A DNA stretch of 64,000 bases. Origin: an uncultured Verrucomicrobiae bacterium (lineage in GTDB: Bacteria > Verrucomicrobiota > Verrucomicrobiia > Chthoniobacterales > JAFAMB01). Positions 10,126-23,315 of this stretch are shown one piece after another. The notes under the pieces are model-generated. The model saw nothing but the letters and a program-made list of their open reading frames with translations. It was not told where the DNA came from and searched no databases. The number at the start of each line of letters is the position of its first letter. Within the stretch, counting starts at the first letter, position 1. The translations under genes and the position numbers were made by a program. Where the stretch lies: assembly GCA_963813025.1 (NCBI GenBank), contig CAWEXO010000014.1:192001-256000 (forward strand), written 5' to 3'.

Positions 10126-12707
10126 TGCAGCCTCAGAACGGGCTTTCGATAAGAGTGCCTGACCACCAATGCGTCGATCGTAATGGCGACCAGAATTACC
10201 AATCCGTAAACACCCTGTAACCAGAGAGGGTCCACGCGGATGAGCGTAAGTCCATTCTGGATCAGTAGCAGGGTGATACCCCCGAGCGCAACGCCGAGAA
10301 TCGTACCGGAACCGCCACGGATCGCGACGCCACCGACAACCACTGACGCAATCACGGTGAGTTCGAATCCAGACGCGACTCGCGCATCAATCGTCGCATA
10401 ACGGGATGCCCAGAGCGCGCCGTCAAAGCCAGCCAACAGCCCGGCACAGGCAAACGCTCCAAGGATTCGTCGTTGCACCCTGATTCCGATCAAGCGCGCG
10501 CCATCCGGGTTGGAGCCAATCGCGAACAACTCACGGCCCATCGACAGGTTGCGGAGCACAAACCCGATTACAGACAAAACGGCGAGCGCGATGAGTGCCA
10601 CCCTTGGAATGCCGAAATACGATTGCGTGGTAAGATCGAGCCAGGCCTGCGGAACCTGGTCAGCGCTGATCTGCCGACCGTGTGACACAAGACTGTCGAA
10701 TCCCCGAAATAAGGCGAGCGTTCCCAGGGTAACAACAATCGCAGGCACCTGTCCAACGGTGACGACCAACCCGTTGATCAGTCCGCAGGCCAGGCCAACA
10801 CCGCAGGCCAGAAGAAGTGCGAGCGCAATGCTCATCCCGGGATGAGAATGAAGGGCCGCCGCAGAAATGTATGCGGCGAGTCCGATCACCGAGGCGACGG
10901 AGAGGTCGATATTGCGCGTGATCAAAACCAGCATCTGGCCTACGGCGACGATGCTCAGAAGAGCCGCATCCATCGCTAGCGCGATTAGATTAGAACCGCT
11001 GATCATCCTCGGATTCATGAACGAGACCGGCAGAATCACCGCCGCCATCGCTACGATCAGCCCGAGTTCGCGCCGAGCAAAAACTTTGTGAAAGATTGTC
11101 CGTCCCAAAGCGTGGGGTACCGGCGGTCGGATAGATTCAACGTGTTCCACGGTTTCAGCGAGGGCGACCTGAGGCGGATCGATCAACGCGCAATTTTTCT
11201 CATCGAAACCGGGTACGGCTCCGGTTGCGGCGTACATAATTTTTTCCTGCGTCGCTTCGTTGCGGTCGAACTCGGCCGCAACGCGTCCCTCCCTGAGTAC
11301 GACCAGGCGATGGCACATGCCGAGCAGTTCCGGCAGCTCGGAGGAGATCAAAATAATCGCAGCACCCTGTCCAGCCAGGCCGGCGATCACGGCGTGAACT
11401 TCCGCCTTCGTCTGGACGTCAACGCCTTGGGTCGGTTCGTCGAAGATAAACAGGCGCGGCGCCGTCGCGAGCCACTTGGACAAAACAACCTTCTGTTGGT
11501 TCCCGCCGGAAAGGGTGTTTACCGGTTGATCGAAACTGCTGAATCGCAACCGAAGCCGATCGAGGTGCGGCTTGACCAGGCCCAGTTCACGTTCGCGCCG
11601 CACCAGGCCCAAGCGCGTGGTTTCGTCAATTACCGGGAGTGACGCATTGGTGAGGACCGCAAATTCCATGATCAGGCTTTGACCAATTCGGTCTTCGGAC
11701 ACATAGGCAATCCCGGAATCCATGGCGTCACGAGGCGATAGGAAAGATACCGGGTGATCTTCGATGCGAATAGAGCCGCTTGAAGGTTTATCAACGCCGA
11801 AAAGGACTCGGGCGATCTCCGTTCTGCCGCTTCCTACAAGACCTCCAAATCCGACGATCTCACCACTTTTGACCGTCAATGAAACGTTTTCAAAAACGCC
11901 GGACCGCGAAAGGTGCTCCACGCTTAGAATCGTTTTGCCTAACACGGTGTCCAGTTTCGGATACATTCTCGCCAGGGGTCGCCCTACCATGAGTTGTACC
12001 GCTCGATCGTGCGGCATCTCGCTAGCCAACCCTCCCGCAACCATGACGCCATCCCGCAGGACGGCAATTCGATCAGCTACCCGATAGATTTCCTCCATTC
12101 GATGGCCGACGAACAGCATCGCCACCTGCCGTCTCCGGAGGGCATCAACCACGCCAAACAACCGATCGACCTCGCGCTGGGATAAGGCTGCGGTTGGCTC
12201 ATCCATGATCAGGACGCGAGCGTTGAAGGCAAGTGCTTTGGCAATCTCCACCAACTGTTGTTCAGACGTGCGCAGCCGGCTGAGTAGCTCATCCGAGTCA
12301 ACCGACAATCCAACGACGTCGAGAAGTCTGCGTGCCTCGGTCTTCATCCTGGAGTAATCGAGGCGGCCCCATCGATCTTTCTTTGGATGACCGATAAAAA
12401 GATTCTCGGCGACCGACAGATCGCGGAATAATCCGGGATGCTGATGCATGACAGCGATCCCGTGATGTTGTGCCTCCAGCGGCGAGCGGAGGTCGAGCGC
12501 GCGTCCTTCGAAAATGATTTGCCCTCGGTCCGGTCGATAGACTCCAGCGAGCAGCTTGACGCAGGTACTCTTGCCAGCGCCGTTCTCTCCCAACAACGCA
12601 AGTACTTCGCCGGCTTTCAGTTCGAAAGAGACTTCGCGAACCGCGACTGTTCCGCCGAATGATTTGGTGACATCGCGAAGAGCAGCGATCGCTCCATCGG
12701 CTTTCAT
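10122..12707 (-). CDS. Sugar ABC transporter: dual-ATPase subunit fused to a permease
   Basis: GENGAGKST, LSGGNQQKV, DEPTQGVD, then IDLSVAS and FELTVIASVVVGG permease motifs in one 861-aa frame. Confidence 0.9.
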   Translation of the reverse strand: MKADGAIAALRDVTKSFGGTVAVREVSFELKAGEVLALLGENGAGKSTCVKLLAGVYRPDRGQIIFEGRALDLRSPLEAQHHGIAVMHQHPGLFRDLSVAENLFIGHPKKDRWGRLDYSRMKTEARRLLDVVGLSVDSDELLSRLRTSEQQLVEIAKALAFNARVLIMDEPTAALSQREVDRLFGVVDALRRRQVAMLFVGHRMEEIYRVADRIAVLRDGVMVAGGLASEMPHDRAVQLMVGRPLARMYPKLDTVLGKTILSVEHLSRSGVFENVSLTVKSGEIVGFGGLVGSGRTEIARVLFGVDKPSSGSIRIEDHPVSFLSPRDAMDSGIAYVSEDRIGQSLIMEFAVLTNASLPVIDETTRLGLVRRERELGLVKPHLDRLRLRFSSFDQPVNTLSGGNQQKVVLSKWLATAPRLFIFDEPTQGVDVQTKAEVHAVIAGLAGQGAAIILISSELPELLGMCHRLVVLREGRVAAEFDRNEATQEKIMYAATGAVPGFDEKNCALIDPPQVALAETVEHVESIRPPVPHALGRTIFHKVFARRELGLIVAMAAVILPVSFMNPRMISGSNLIALAMDAALLSIVAVGQMLVLITRNIDLSVASVIGLAAYISAAALHSHPGMSIALALLLACGVGLACGLINGLVVTVGQVPAIVVTLGTLALFRGFDSLVSHGRQISADQVPQAWLDLTTQSYFGIPRVALIALAVLSVIGFVLRNLSMGRELFAIGSNPDGARLIGIRVQRRILGAFACAGLLAGFDGALWASRYATIDARVASGFELTVIASVVVGGVAIRGGSGTILGVALGGITLLLIQNGLTLIRVDPLWLQGVYGLVILVAITIDALVVRHSYRKPVLRLQ

Positions 12708-13044
12708 ACCAATGGTACTATGGACTCCAACGCGCCCGGGATCTCAAAGGAAAAACCCTCGCAAGTACTTATGAGAAGACTTCATCGATAAGGATTTTGA
12801 CGTCAGGAAAGCTCTCAGCTGGAGCGCTCCCGAGCTTTTGGGGCCAAGCGAGTTCGGTGCGTTCCAGCGGATCCAAGTTGCCTTCTTTTGCGAGGAGATA
12901 ACACTCGCGAATGGTCAGCTCGCGAACCTGTGGCTCCAGGCCGGTGTTCATGCATGCTAGGGTGGGGTATTTTGGCTTTTTCATCAAGGAGCAGAAAAGT
13001 AAAACGGCTCAAGCCGACCACGCCCGCTTCGCAGTCTGAGTCCG

Positions 13045-13800
13045 CTACTCCAGCTCCGCCCGGAGATACACCGTCGCGCTGATGTCCAGTTTGCCGGCTT
13101 CGATGCTCGTCGGCGGCGCGGTTGCTGCGCGGGCAAAGGTCATTGCTCGCTCTGCCGCCACCGGAAGAGGATTAAACTCGAGTCCGCCCTCGCGCACTTC
13201 GACCGGCTTGAGCCGCACTGGAGTGAAGCCCTCACTGCTGCTCAAACCGCGCGCAATAGCTTGTGCCCTGGCCAAGGCATCGGCTGTCGCGGCGGTCAAA
13301 ACTTGCCGGCGCACCGCGCTGTCATCGTCCAAAACGAAGGTAACGCTACTCACCGAATTCGCTCCGGCCTGCGTCGCCCGATCAAGCACGCCACCCACCT
13401 TGGTGAGATCGCGCAACTTCACCGCGACACTGTTCGTGACTTTGTACCCGCTGATGCCCGTGGTTCGGATGTTTCCTTCGACGCGATTCTGGACTTCAAT
13501 GGAGTACTGTCCGGTGCTGACTTCCATCTGCGGATCGCCAAGGCCCTTTATTGCTTCGGTCACGGCCGCACTGATCCGAGCGTTATCCTGCTGCGCGACG
13601 AGAGCATCCTTGTTCTGGGTAACTACGGCGATGACGATGTTGGCCTCGTTTGGCGCGACGTGTTGGGTCGCGGTTCCGTACACGACAATTGTTCGTGCCG
13701 AATAATCAGGCGGCCCTGGGACCGGCCTCGTTTGGGTTTGCGCGGAGGCGGCCGAGGCAAGCATCGTTCCGCCCAACAACAAGACGACTAAGGATTTCAT
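13045..13800 (-). CDS. SIMPL (DUF541) domain periplasmic protein
   Basis: Signal peptide, GYKVTNSVAVKLRDL, AGAN, ISATV motifs. Confidence 0.9.
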   Translation of the reverse strand: MKSLVVLLLGGTMLASAASAQTQTRPVPGPPDYSARTIVVYGTATQHVAPNEANIVIAVVTQNKDALVAQQDNARISAAVTEAIKGLGDPQMEVSTGQYSIEVQNRVEGNIRTTGISGYKVTNSVAVKLRDLTKVGGVLDRATQAGANSVSSVTFVLDDDSAVRRQVLTAATADALARAQAIARGLSSSEGFTPVRLKPVEVREGGLEFNPLPVAAERAMTFARAATAPPTSIEAGKLDISATVYLRAELE

Positions 13801-13896
13801 GGTTGCCAGTTTTGACTGACTTAGCTGGGATGCTGTTCAAATGGGGATGGGGCGTGACGGGCGTGTCGGACCTTGGGTAATCTGTGGCGCGCGCAC

Positions 13897-14209
13897 TCGA
13901 GCTATGGTTCGAAAGGGAGGTTCGAGGGATGTCCCAAGGCGTCTTTGCTCCTGCGCCGGTAGGGCGATCCGCCTTGGCGGCCGAGCGCCAGGCGAGAACT
14001 TGTTTGGCGTGTCCGCCATAGCCTTGGCGAAGGCGGAGCCATCTGGAGCGGGTGGCTCACCCAAGGTCCGGCTCAAATAAAGAGAGTGTCTCGCTGGCGC
14101 TCGAATGAATTTTCGCCCTACCGGTCGTGGGTCAGCGGATGTTGCGAGACATTCTCTAAATTTTCGCCCTGCGCAGGATACTGCGGCATTCTGAGACGAT
14201 CTCTAGCGC
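13897..14209. repeat. GGTAGGGCGA-ended palindromic REPIN/MITE-like element, copy A with flanks
   Basis: Terminal IR at 13958-13967 / 14113-14122; flanks shared with the copy at 21248-21487. Confidence 0.8.
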
Positions 14210-14357
14210 TCGCGCGACAATCGCTCGGTGGCGTACTGAGACTTCCAAGTCCGACAGACCCATGACGCGCGTACTGCGTTGCCAACGCCGGAGTGCCTCC
14301 GGATTTTCAAGGAGTCACTCCGTTCGCCGGAAGAGCGTTTGCGGGGCGATCCTCTCT

Positions 14358-17525
<3,168 letters not shown>

Positions 17526-17686
17526 TCACAAATTGAACAGACACAGCGCGAGGTAGGTAATTATGAGTGAAGGAGTCAGTACTTACGACGGCTGCGTCGG
17601 AAGATCGATCTGATCGATTGTGGGCCGCCTTCAGGCCGGGATCGGCGGATGCGTGGCGGCGTGCTGCTTGTATTTGTCCCCGTCCT

Positions 17687-17811
17687 GGTAGGGCGAAAAT
17701 TCATTTGAACTTTAGCGAGAACTTGTTTGAGCCGTCTGGAGGGCGTGGCTTGCCCCGGTGTCCGGCTCAAACAAGTTCTCGCCTGGCGCTCGAATGAATT
17801 TTCGCCCTACC
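17687..17811. repeat. GGTAGGGCGA-ended palindromic element, copy C
   Basis: Terminal IR plus internal 20-bp IR gcgagaacttgtttgagccg / cggctcaaacaagttctcgc. Confidence 0.8.
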
Positions 17812-18010
17812 GCCGCAGGGCCAAAGATACGTTGAGGGTTAAGACCCGCGGGCTGAGTCCTGACGTCCCCTTCGGACTAAAAAAAAGTCCCACGTGCCCG
17901 GGCCGTCCGCCTTCGTCCCCGTTTCGGGACTACGCCCGCGAGAAGTTCCGCGCTACTTGGCACGCTGGTTTTGTGCGTCACGTTCCAAGGTACGGACGAG
18001 GCCGTCCGCG

Positions 18011-18634
18011 CTACCTGGCGGCTACGCGCGCAGCTGTCGATTTTTTGAACAAGAATTTCTTGGCAACCCGCGCGGTTTCCAGGGTGATGAGGAGCAGAAG
18101 CAGCCAGCGAGCGACATACCAATGACCTTTACCGGCGATCGACTGATGATAGATGAGCACGATTGCCGCGACATAAGCCAGCCGATGAAGCAGTTTCCAT
18201 CGCTTTCCGCCCAGCTTCCTGACAGACCAGTTGTTACTGGTGATTCCGAGCACAACAAGGATCGTTAGCCCCGTTAAGCCGAACCAGATGAAAGGCTTGG
18301 AGAAACTCTGGAGCAAATCATCCCAATCGCCTTGGTAGAGCACGTGACACGAAAAATGAAAGAGACCGTAGATACAGGCCGATACGCCGATATAACGCCG
18401 GTGCCGGTTTAACGCATTGACGATCGCGGAGCGCGGGAAGAGAACCCGCAAAGGCGTCAGGCTCAAGACCGCGCCCAAGCTCCAGATGGCCATCTCCCCC
18501 GACACATGCAGCAATCTTTCGATGGGGTTTGCGCCCAGTTGATTGGTAAACGCGGGAACAATCAACAGGCACACGCCGATACCGATTAGGATCGAGAGCG
18601 CGACAATCTTCTTGGAGAGCAGCTTGGCGACCAC
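18011..18634 (-). CDS. msrQ: Methionine sulfoxide reductase heme-binding subunit MsrQ
   Basis: LGANP, LSLTPLR, RRYIG, WKLLHRLAY; adjacent to msrP. Confidence 0.88.
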   Translation of the reverse strand: MVAKLLSKKIVALSILIGIGVCLLIVPAFTNQLGANPIERLLHVSGEMAIWSLGAVLSLTPLRVLFPRSAIVNALNRHRRYIGVSACIYGLFHFSCHVLYQGDWDDLLQSFSKPFIWFGLTGLTILVVLGITSNNWSVRKLGGKRWKLLHRLAYVAAIVLIYHQSIAGKGHWYVARWLLLLLITLETARVAKKFLFKKSTAARVAAR

Positions 18635-18661
18635 GGCTACGCCTGGAACGGTTTCCTGAAA

Positions 18662-19624
18662 TCAGAAATTTTTCCGAAGATCCAGTCCGGCATAGAGACT
18701 GGCGACCTGCTTCTCGTAACCATTGAAGTTCAGGGTCGGTTGTCGTCCGGAAAAGAAACCGCCTCCGATGATGCGTTCTGTTTTCTGGCTCCAACGCGGA
18801 TGATCAACCTCGGGATTCACGTTTGCATAGAATCCGTATTCATCGGGCGCCATCTGGTTCCACAACGTCTTCGGCTGTTCTGCCACAAAATCGATTCGCA
18901 CAAGCGATTTGGCTCCTTTGAAGCCGTATTTCCAGGGGACAACTAACCGCATCGGCGATCCGTTCTGGTTCAGCAACGGCTTGCCATAGATACCCGTAGC
19001 CAGAAATGCCAACTCATTGTTTGCCTCGGCGACGGTCAACCCTTCGGTATAAGGCCAGGGAAAGTCGTTGGAGCGCTGGCCGGGGCACGATTTGGGATCG
19101 AGAAAAGAGGTAAACTGCAGGTACTTGGCCTCGGGCTTTGGTTGGGCGATCGCGACGAGCTTGGCCAGGGGAAATCCATCCCAGGGTATCACCATGGACC
19201 AGGCTTCCACGCAGCGATGACGATAATTACGTTGCTCGATTCCGCCGACCGCCTTCACCAGGCCGTTGACGTCATACTTGCCCGGGTTTGCGCAGAGGCC
19301 ACCCACCTCGGTCGTCCAAGGCTCGGTCTTCCAGCCTCGGTTGGAGTTCGTCTTCGGATCGCCCTTGTCGAGGCCCCACTCGTAAAAATTGTTGTAGCCA
19401 GTAATAGCGTCGTAGGGCGTGAGTTTGACGTCCGGTAATTTGTAGGAGGCATTGAGTGAATCGGGGAATCCTGCGGTAGCAGCTCTGGCCAGCGCCGGCA
19501 AAAAAGCGCTCGCGGCCAATCCAAGACCGCAGGTGCGCAGGAACTGGCGGCGACCGAGGTATTGTGATTCAGGGGTGACGGCCGAATCGGGCAGCTGCCA
19601 GGGATGGATCTTACGGATGTGCAT
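18662..19624 (-). CDS. msrP: Methionine sulfoxide reductase catalytic subunit MsrP
   Basis: Tat signal (GRRQFL), YNNFYE, RCVEAWSMVIPW, RLVVPWKYGFK, EYGFYANVNP..DHPRWSQ. Confidence 0.96.
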   Translation of the reverse strand: MHIRKIHPWQLPDSAVTPESQYLGRRQFLRTCGLGLAASAFLPALARAATAGFPDSLNASYKLPDVKLTPYDAITGYNNFYEWGLDKGDPKTNSNRGWKTEPWTTEVGGLCANPGKYDVNGLVKAVGGIEQRNYRHRCVEAWSMVIPWDGFPLAKLVAIAQPKPEAKYLQFTSFLDPKSCPGQRSNDFPWPYTEGLTVAEANNELAFLATGIYGKPLLNQNGSPMRLVVPWKYGFKGAKSLVRIDFVAEQPKTLWNQMAPDEYGFYANVNPEVDHPRWSQKTERIIGGGFFSGRQPTLNFNGYEKQVASLYAGLDLRKNF

Positions 19625-19900
19625 GACAAACTATTGAGACCTGTGCGGCGACTGGCGTCTCGCCAGATGCTTTCTCTGCCAAAACATATAGGATCGGAAA
19701 GATTGGTCTAACGGCGATTTCGAGAGGCGAAGTCGCAGATCATTTTGCTGGGCTGGCACTTTTTCCTGCTCGGTCACGTTCCACCTGATGAGGCGCCCAA
19801 GCGATGTCTTATTCCCGACGCTACGGCATCTCCGGCTGCATCTCGAACGAGTCTTCGCCAAAGGCTCAGATAAAGAGCATGTCTAGCAACGCCCTAAATC

Positions 19901-20030
19901 GGTAGGGCGAAAACTTGTTTGAGCCGGACCCCGAGTGGCCACCGTCCAAGACGGCTCAAACAAGTCCTCGCTTGAAGCTCCTCCTTCGCTAAAGCTTCGG
20001 CGGATACGTCGGATAAATTTTCGCCCTACC
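19901..20030. repeat. GGTAGGGCGA-ended palindromic element, copy D
   Basis: GGTAGGGCGA 19901-19910 ... TCGCCCTACC 20021-20030; internal acttgtttgagccg / cggctcaaacaagt IR. Confidence 0.8.
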
Positions 20031-20189
20031 GGCACAGGACTTCCTGTCGCGTACTACCAGCCTTGAAGCACTGGCCTATTCTCTTTCTGCTCGCCGGCTT
20101 CGTCGGCGCCGATCAGGTCGGAGGCGCCTCAAAAACACGCTCGACCAAAAGCGGCAGGATCAGTATAGGCGAAACAGGACACAGTTCTG

Positions 20190-20927
20190 ATGGCTGAACT
20201 GACTGCCTCGCTGCGCGATCAAGTCATCCTGGTTACCGGCGCAAGCTCCGGGATCGGGCGCGCAACCAGTGTTGCTTTGACCGCGGCTGGAGCAAAAGTG
20301 ATCCTGTTCGGCCGGTCGCGGCACAAGCTGGTCGCGACTAATGCCAGCTGCGACAATCTCGGCCTTATTTTTCCGGGTGACGTTACTCAGCCGGAGAACC
20401 TGGCGGCAGCCGTGGAAGCCGGACTAAATCGGTTCGGGCGCTTGGATGGCCTTTTTGCGAATGCCGGTCTTTATCTTTCCGGTGATATTTTCGGCGGAGA
20501 CAAGCGAAGCTGGTCAGAGCTGGTGGACGTGAACGTGAAAGGTGTCTTCTACTCGGTCGACGCGGTTCTTCCCCAACTACGCCGGCAAAGTTGCGGCGAC
20601 ATCATTGTCTGCAGTTCGATCTCCGGTCATCAGGCTATCCACTGGGAACCAGTCTACAGCGCCTCCAAGCACGCTATTCAATCGTTTGTTCACGGGCTGC
20701 GGCGTCAATTGCTCCACACCGGAATCCGGGTCGGAGCGGTGGCGCCTGGAATGGTACTGAACGAACTCTGGGGAATTAAGGAAGAATCAGAGATCGACCG
20801 GCGCGCTTCGGCCGGAGAAGGCCTGCGCTCGGAGGATGTCGCCGAAGCAGTGCTTTTCATGCTGACGCGTCCGCGCAATGTCACGATTCGCGATCTAGTG
20901 ATGCTGCCGCGCACGCAGGATTTGTGA
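20190..20927 (+). CDS. SDR oxidoreductase, ribitol 2-dehydrogenase-like
   Basis: TGASSGIG, FANAGLY, WEPVYSASKHAIQSFVHGLRRQ, LTRPRNVTIRDLV resemble RbtD. Confidence 0.8.
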   Translation: MAELTASLRDQVILVTGASSGIGRATSVALTAAGAKVILFGRSRHKLVATNASCDNLGLIFPGDVTQPENLAAAVEAGLNRFGRLDGLFANAGLYLSGDIFGGDKRSWSELVDVNVKGVFYSVDAVLPQLRRQSCGDIIVCSSISGHQAIHWEPVYSASKHAIQSFVHGLRRQLLHTGIRVGAVAPGMVLNELWGIKEESEIDRRASAGEGLRSEDVAEAVLFMLTRPRNVTIRDLVMLPRTQDL

Positions 20928-20957
20928 GCTTGCCAGAAATATAGCATATTTTATGCG

Positions 20958-21236
20958 GTGAAGGCCACGCTGGAAATCCCTGACGACCTCTACCGAGCGA
21001 TAAAGACCAGAGCTGCTTCCCAGAATCGCAAGGTCAAAGAACTCGTGGCCGACGCGCTGCGATCGTTTATCGAAAAAGCTGACCGCGACCGTCAGCCAGT
21101 CGGACAGCGTGCCAGTCCTTTTCCCCTCCTTCGTGGAAAAGCTGGTCCCCTCCTGAAGATCTTAGAGAATTCACTCATCGCACAACTTCAGGAAGAGGAA
21201 GACATTGAGCGCTTACGGCGAGCTTCTGGACGTTAA
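20958..21236 (+). CDS. Ribbon-helix-helix antitoxin (VapB-like)
   Basis: MKATLEIPDDLYRAIKTRAA RHH start; overlaps a PIN-toxin start. Confidence 0.75.
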   Translation: MKATLEIPDDLYRAIKTRAASQNRKVKELVADALRSFIEKADRDRQPVGQRASPFPLLRGKAGPLLKILENSLIAQLQEEEDIERLRRASGR

Positions 21237-21247
21237 CGTTTGGATCA
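21205..21247 (+). pseudogene. VapC PIN-domain toxin, truncated after about 14 codons
   Basis: TTG-SAYGELLDVNVWI is a typical VapC first strand with the catalytic Asp; repeat begins at 21248. Confidence 0.65.
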
Positions 21248-21487
21248 TCGAGCTATGGTTCGGAAGAGAGGTTCGAGGGATGCGCCCCAAGGCGCCTTTG
21301 GTCCTGCGCCGGTAGGGCGAAAATTCATTTGAGCCGGACGCTTGGGTGAGCCACCCGCTCTAGATCGCTCCGCCTTCGCCAACGCTATGGCGGACACGTC
21401 AAACAAGTTCTCGCTGAGGCTCGTCCGCCAAGGCGGATCGCCCTACCGCCACAGAACAATGCGGCATTCTGAGGCGATCTCTAGCGC
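21248..21487. repeat. GGTAGGGCGA-ended palindromic element, copy B (core inverted relative to copy A)
   Basis: IR at 21311-21320 / 21438-21447; flanks collinear with copy A, core is its reverse complement. Confidence 0.85.
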
Positions 21488-21529
21488 GCGGAGCCGGCCC
21501 CGGTCGCTACCAAAGAAATCACCCTGATG

Positions 21530-22480
21530 CTATCTCGCTTTGTACCGACGTACCAGTGTTGCGATATTCTCCAATTTAGTGGATGAGCAAGCAACAGCGC
21601 GTGCCTCCGGAAATGCGGCCGCTGCCAGTCTGGTTAAAACGTCGCCGGGTGGCATCTCCACAAAGAGTCGGGCGCCAAGCTCGAACAGAACCGTGGTCGC
21701 GTCGTGCCAATGGATCGGGTAAGCCATGTTGGTAGCCAAGTCGGTACGTATCGTCTCAGCATCTCGAGCAAGCCGGCCACCACGATTGTCGATGTAAGGG
21801 ATCCGGGGCGCCGGTATTGTCACGCCTGCGGCGGCAGTCGAAAGACGTTCGGCCGCCGGCCGAAGAAGCTCGCAATGCGATGGCACCGCGACATTCAGGC
21901 GATTGGCTTTCGCAGCACCGGCCTTGCGCGCAGCGGCAACGAGGGAGTCCAAACCAGTTTCGGTGCCGGAGGCGACAATCTGGGAAGGACTGTTGACGCC
22001 GGCCAGGTAAACCGATGGATGTTGACGGTTCACTTCGTCCAAAAGCGAGAGCACGCGGCGTTCGCTGAGTCCGATGATGAAAGCCATGCCGTAGCGTGCG
22101 GGAAAACTCTCTTCCATCAACGCGCCTCGGAGCGAAACCAAATCCAGGGCGGTTTTAAAGGCGAGTCCCGTCGCGGCGTGCGCCGCGCCAAATGCGCCAA
22201 CGGAGAGGCCCGCCACCATTTCCGGATGCGCACCGAGGTTGTCCAATTCACGAAGGGTAGCGATACCGCTGATCAAGAGCGCCAACTGCACGTTGCGGGT
22301 CGAGTGCAGAGCCTCGGCGTTGTCGAACTGGAGGGGATCAAATCCGAGGTGTTGACGAGCTTCTCGGATGGTGTCGCGCCCGCTCCGGTATTCGAGGAGC
22401 GAATGCAGCATGCCCTCCTGCTGCGAGCCTTGACCGGGGAAGAGGAAAGCGACGCATGATTCAGGATTCATCCGTTTCAA
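21530..22480 (-). CDS. mdcH: Malonate decarboxylase malonyl-CoA:ACP transacylase (epsilon subunit)
   Basis: FLFPGQGSQ, GLSVGAF, VAVPSHC; last gene of the mdc operon. Confidence 0.9.
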   Translation of the reverse strand: MKRMNPESCVAFLFPGQGSQQEGMLHSLLEYRSGRDTIREARQHLGFDPLQFDNAEALHSTRNVQLALLISGIATLRELDNLGAHPEMVAGLSVGAFGAAHAATGLAFKTALDLVSLRGALMEESFPARYGMAFIIGLSERRVLSLLDEVNRQHPSVYLAGVNSPSQIVASGTETGLDSLVAAARKAGAAKANRLNVAVPSHCELLRPAAERLSTAAAGVTIPAPRIPYIDNRGGRLARDAETIRTDLATNMAYPIHWHDATTVLFELGARLFVEMPPGDVLTRLAAAAFPEARAVACSSTKLENIATLVRRYKAR

Positions 22481-23231
22481 AACACCTTCGGCGTTTTTGC
22501 CTGATTTTTGCGGGATGCCACGGATTAATCACGAGATGCGGACCGTCGGCCCGGCGCAGAACAGTCCGTCGGCTGCTTCCGATGGCGTATTCGCTCAATG
22601 CGAAAGCGCCATGCGGAGTTTCCACTTGGACATCGATTGGCGTCTCTGGACTGGCCTCGCGCAGCAGCCAAAGTAGTTCCCGACAGGTTTGTCGTGACTG
22701 CGCAGAGGGCATTTGAACAAGCAGGTCGAGGTCGCTGTCCAGCGTGGTCACCCGACAATGCGTCGTCAGCTCAAAACCCACCGCTCCGATCGGACCCCAG
22801 CAAAATCCAGACTCATCGAGCGAATTGGCCACGGATTTCAACGCGCGAAAGGCTGGTATGCGCCTCTTCTGCTCGATCGCGGACCACGCTTCTCGCCTCC
22901 GGACCAGATCCTCAGGTGTAACCTGTTCGCTTATCTCGTCTCGTGATACTTCGCCGGCCCAACGCTGTGATCGCCTGTTTCCACGAACTCCAACCGGTAA
23001 AGTATAGTGGTTATTGCGTTGCCGGCGGACGACCACCCAGTCCGCGATCTGCAACGCCTCCTCGACCCACAACGGACCGGCTGAGCCAAGCTCGATCGCT
23101 GCCAACGGTTTCAGGCGGAGCAGGTCGTGCGGCCGGAAGAGGCGCTCCGCCGATTTTCCCGGGCCCGCCGCAGCTTGGAAAGCTGCGCTTACATTGAGCG
23201 TTGAGTTGGACGAGAGGCTAGAGGGTTTCAC
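22461..23231 (-). CDS. mdcG: Malonate decarboxylase holo-ACP synthase
   Basis: RPHDLL, VVVRR, VGVRG..RSQRWA, GAVGFEL, SDLDLL. Confidence 0.92.
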   Translation of the reverse strand: MKPSSLSSNSTLNVSAAFQAAAGPGKSAERLFRPHDLLRLKPLAAIELGSAGPLWVEEALQIADWVVVRRQRNNHYTLPVGVRGNRRSQRWAGEVSRDEISEQVTPEDLVRRREAWSAIEQKRRIPAFRALKSVANSLDESGFCWGPIGAVGFELTTHCRVTTLDSDLDLLVQMPSAQSRQTCRELLWLLREASPETPIDVQVETPHGAFALSEYAIGSSRRTVLRRADGPHLVINPWHPAKIRQKRRRCFETDES

Positions 23232-23315
23232 AACGGCTGCTTGCGACGTGTCGTCGGATCGAGGATCTAGAATCCAGAATATGGACTTCGGCGCATGGGG
23301 TTTTGATCCTTCCTC

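Noticed and set aside
12769..12987. 72-aa ORF upstream of the ABC operon
   Set aside because: No motif support; cannot be told apart from a chance ORF
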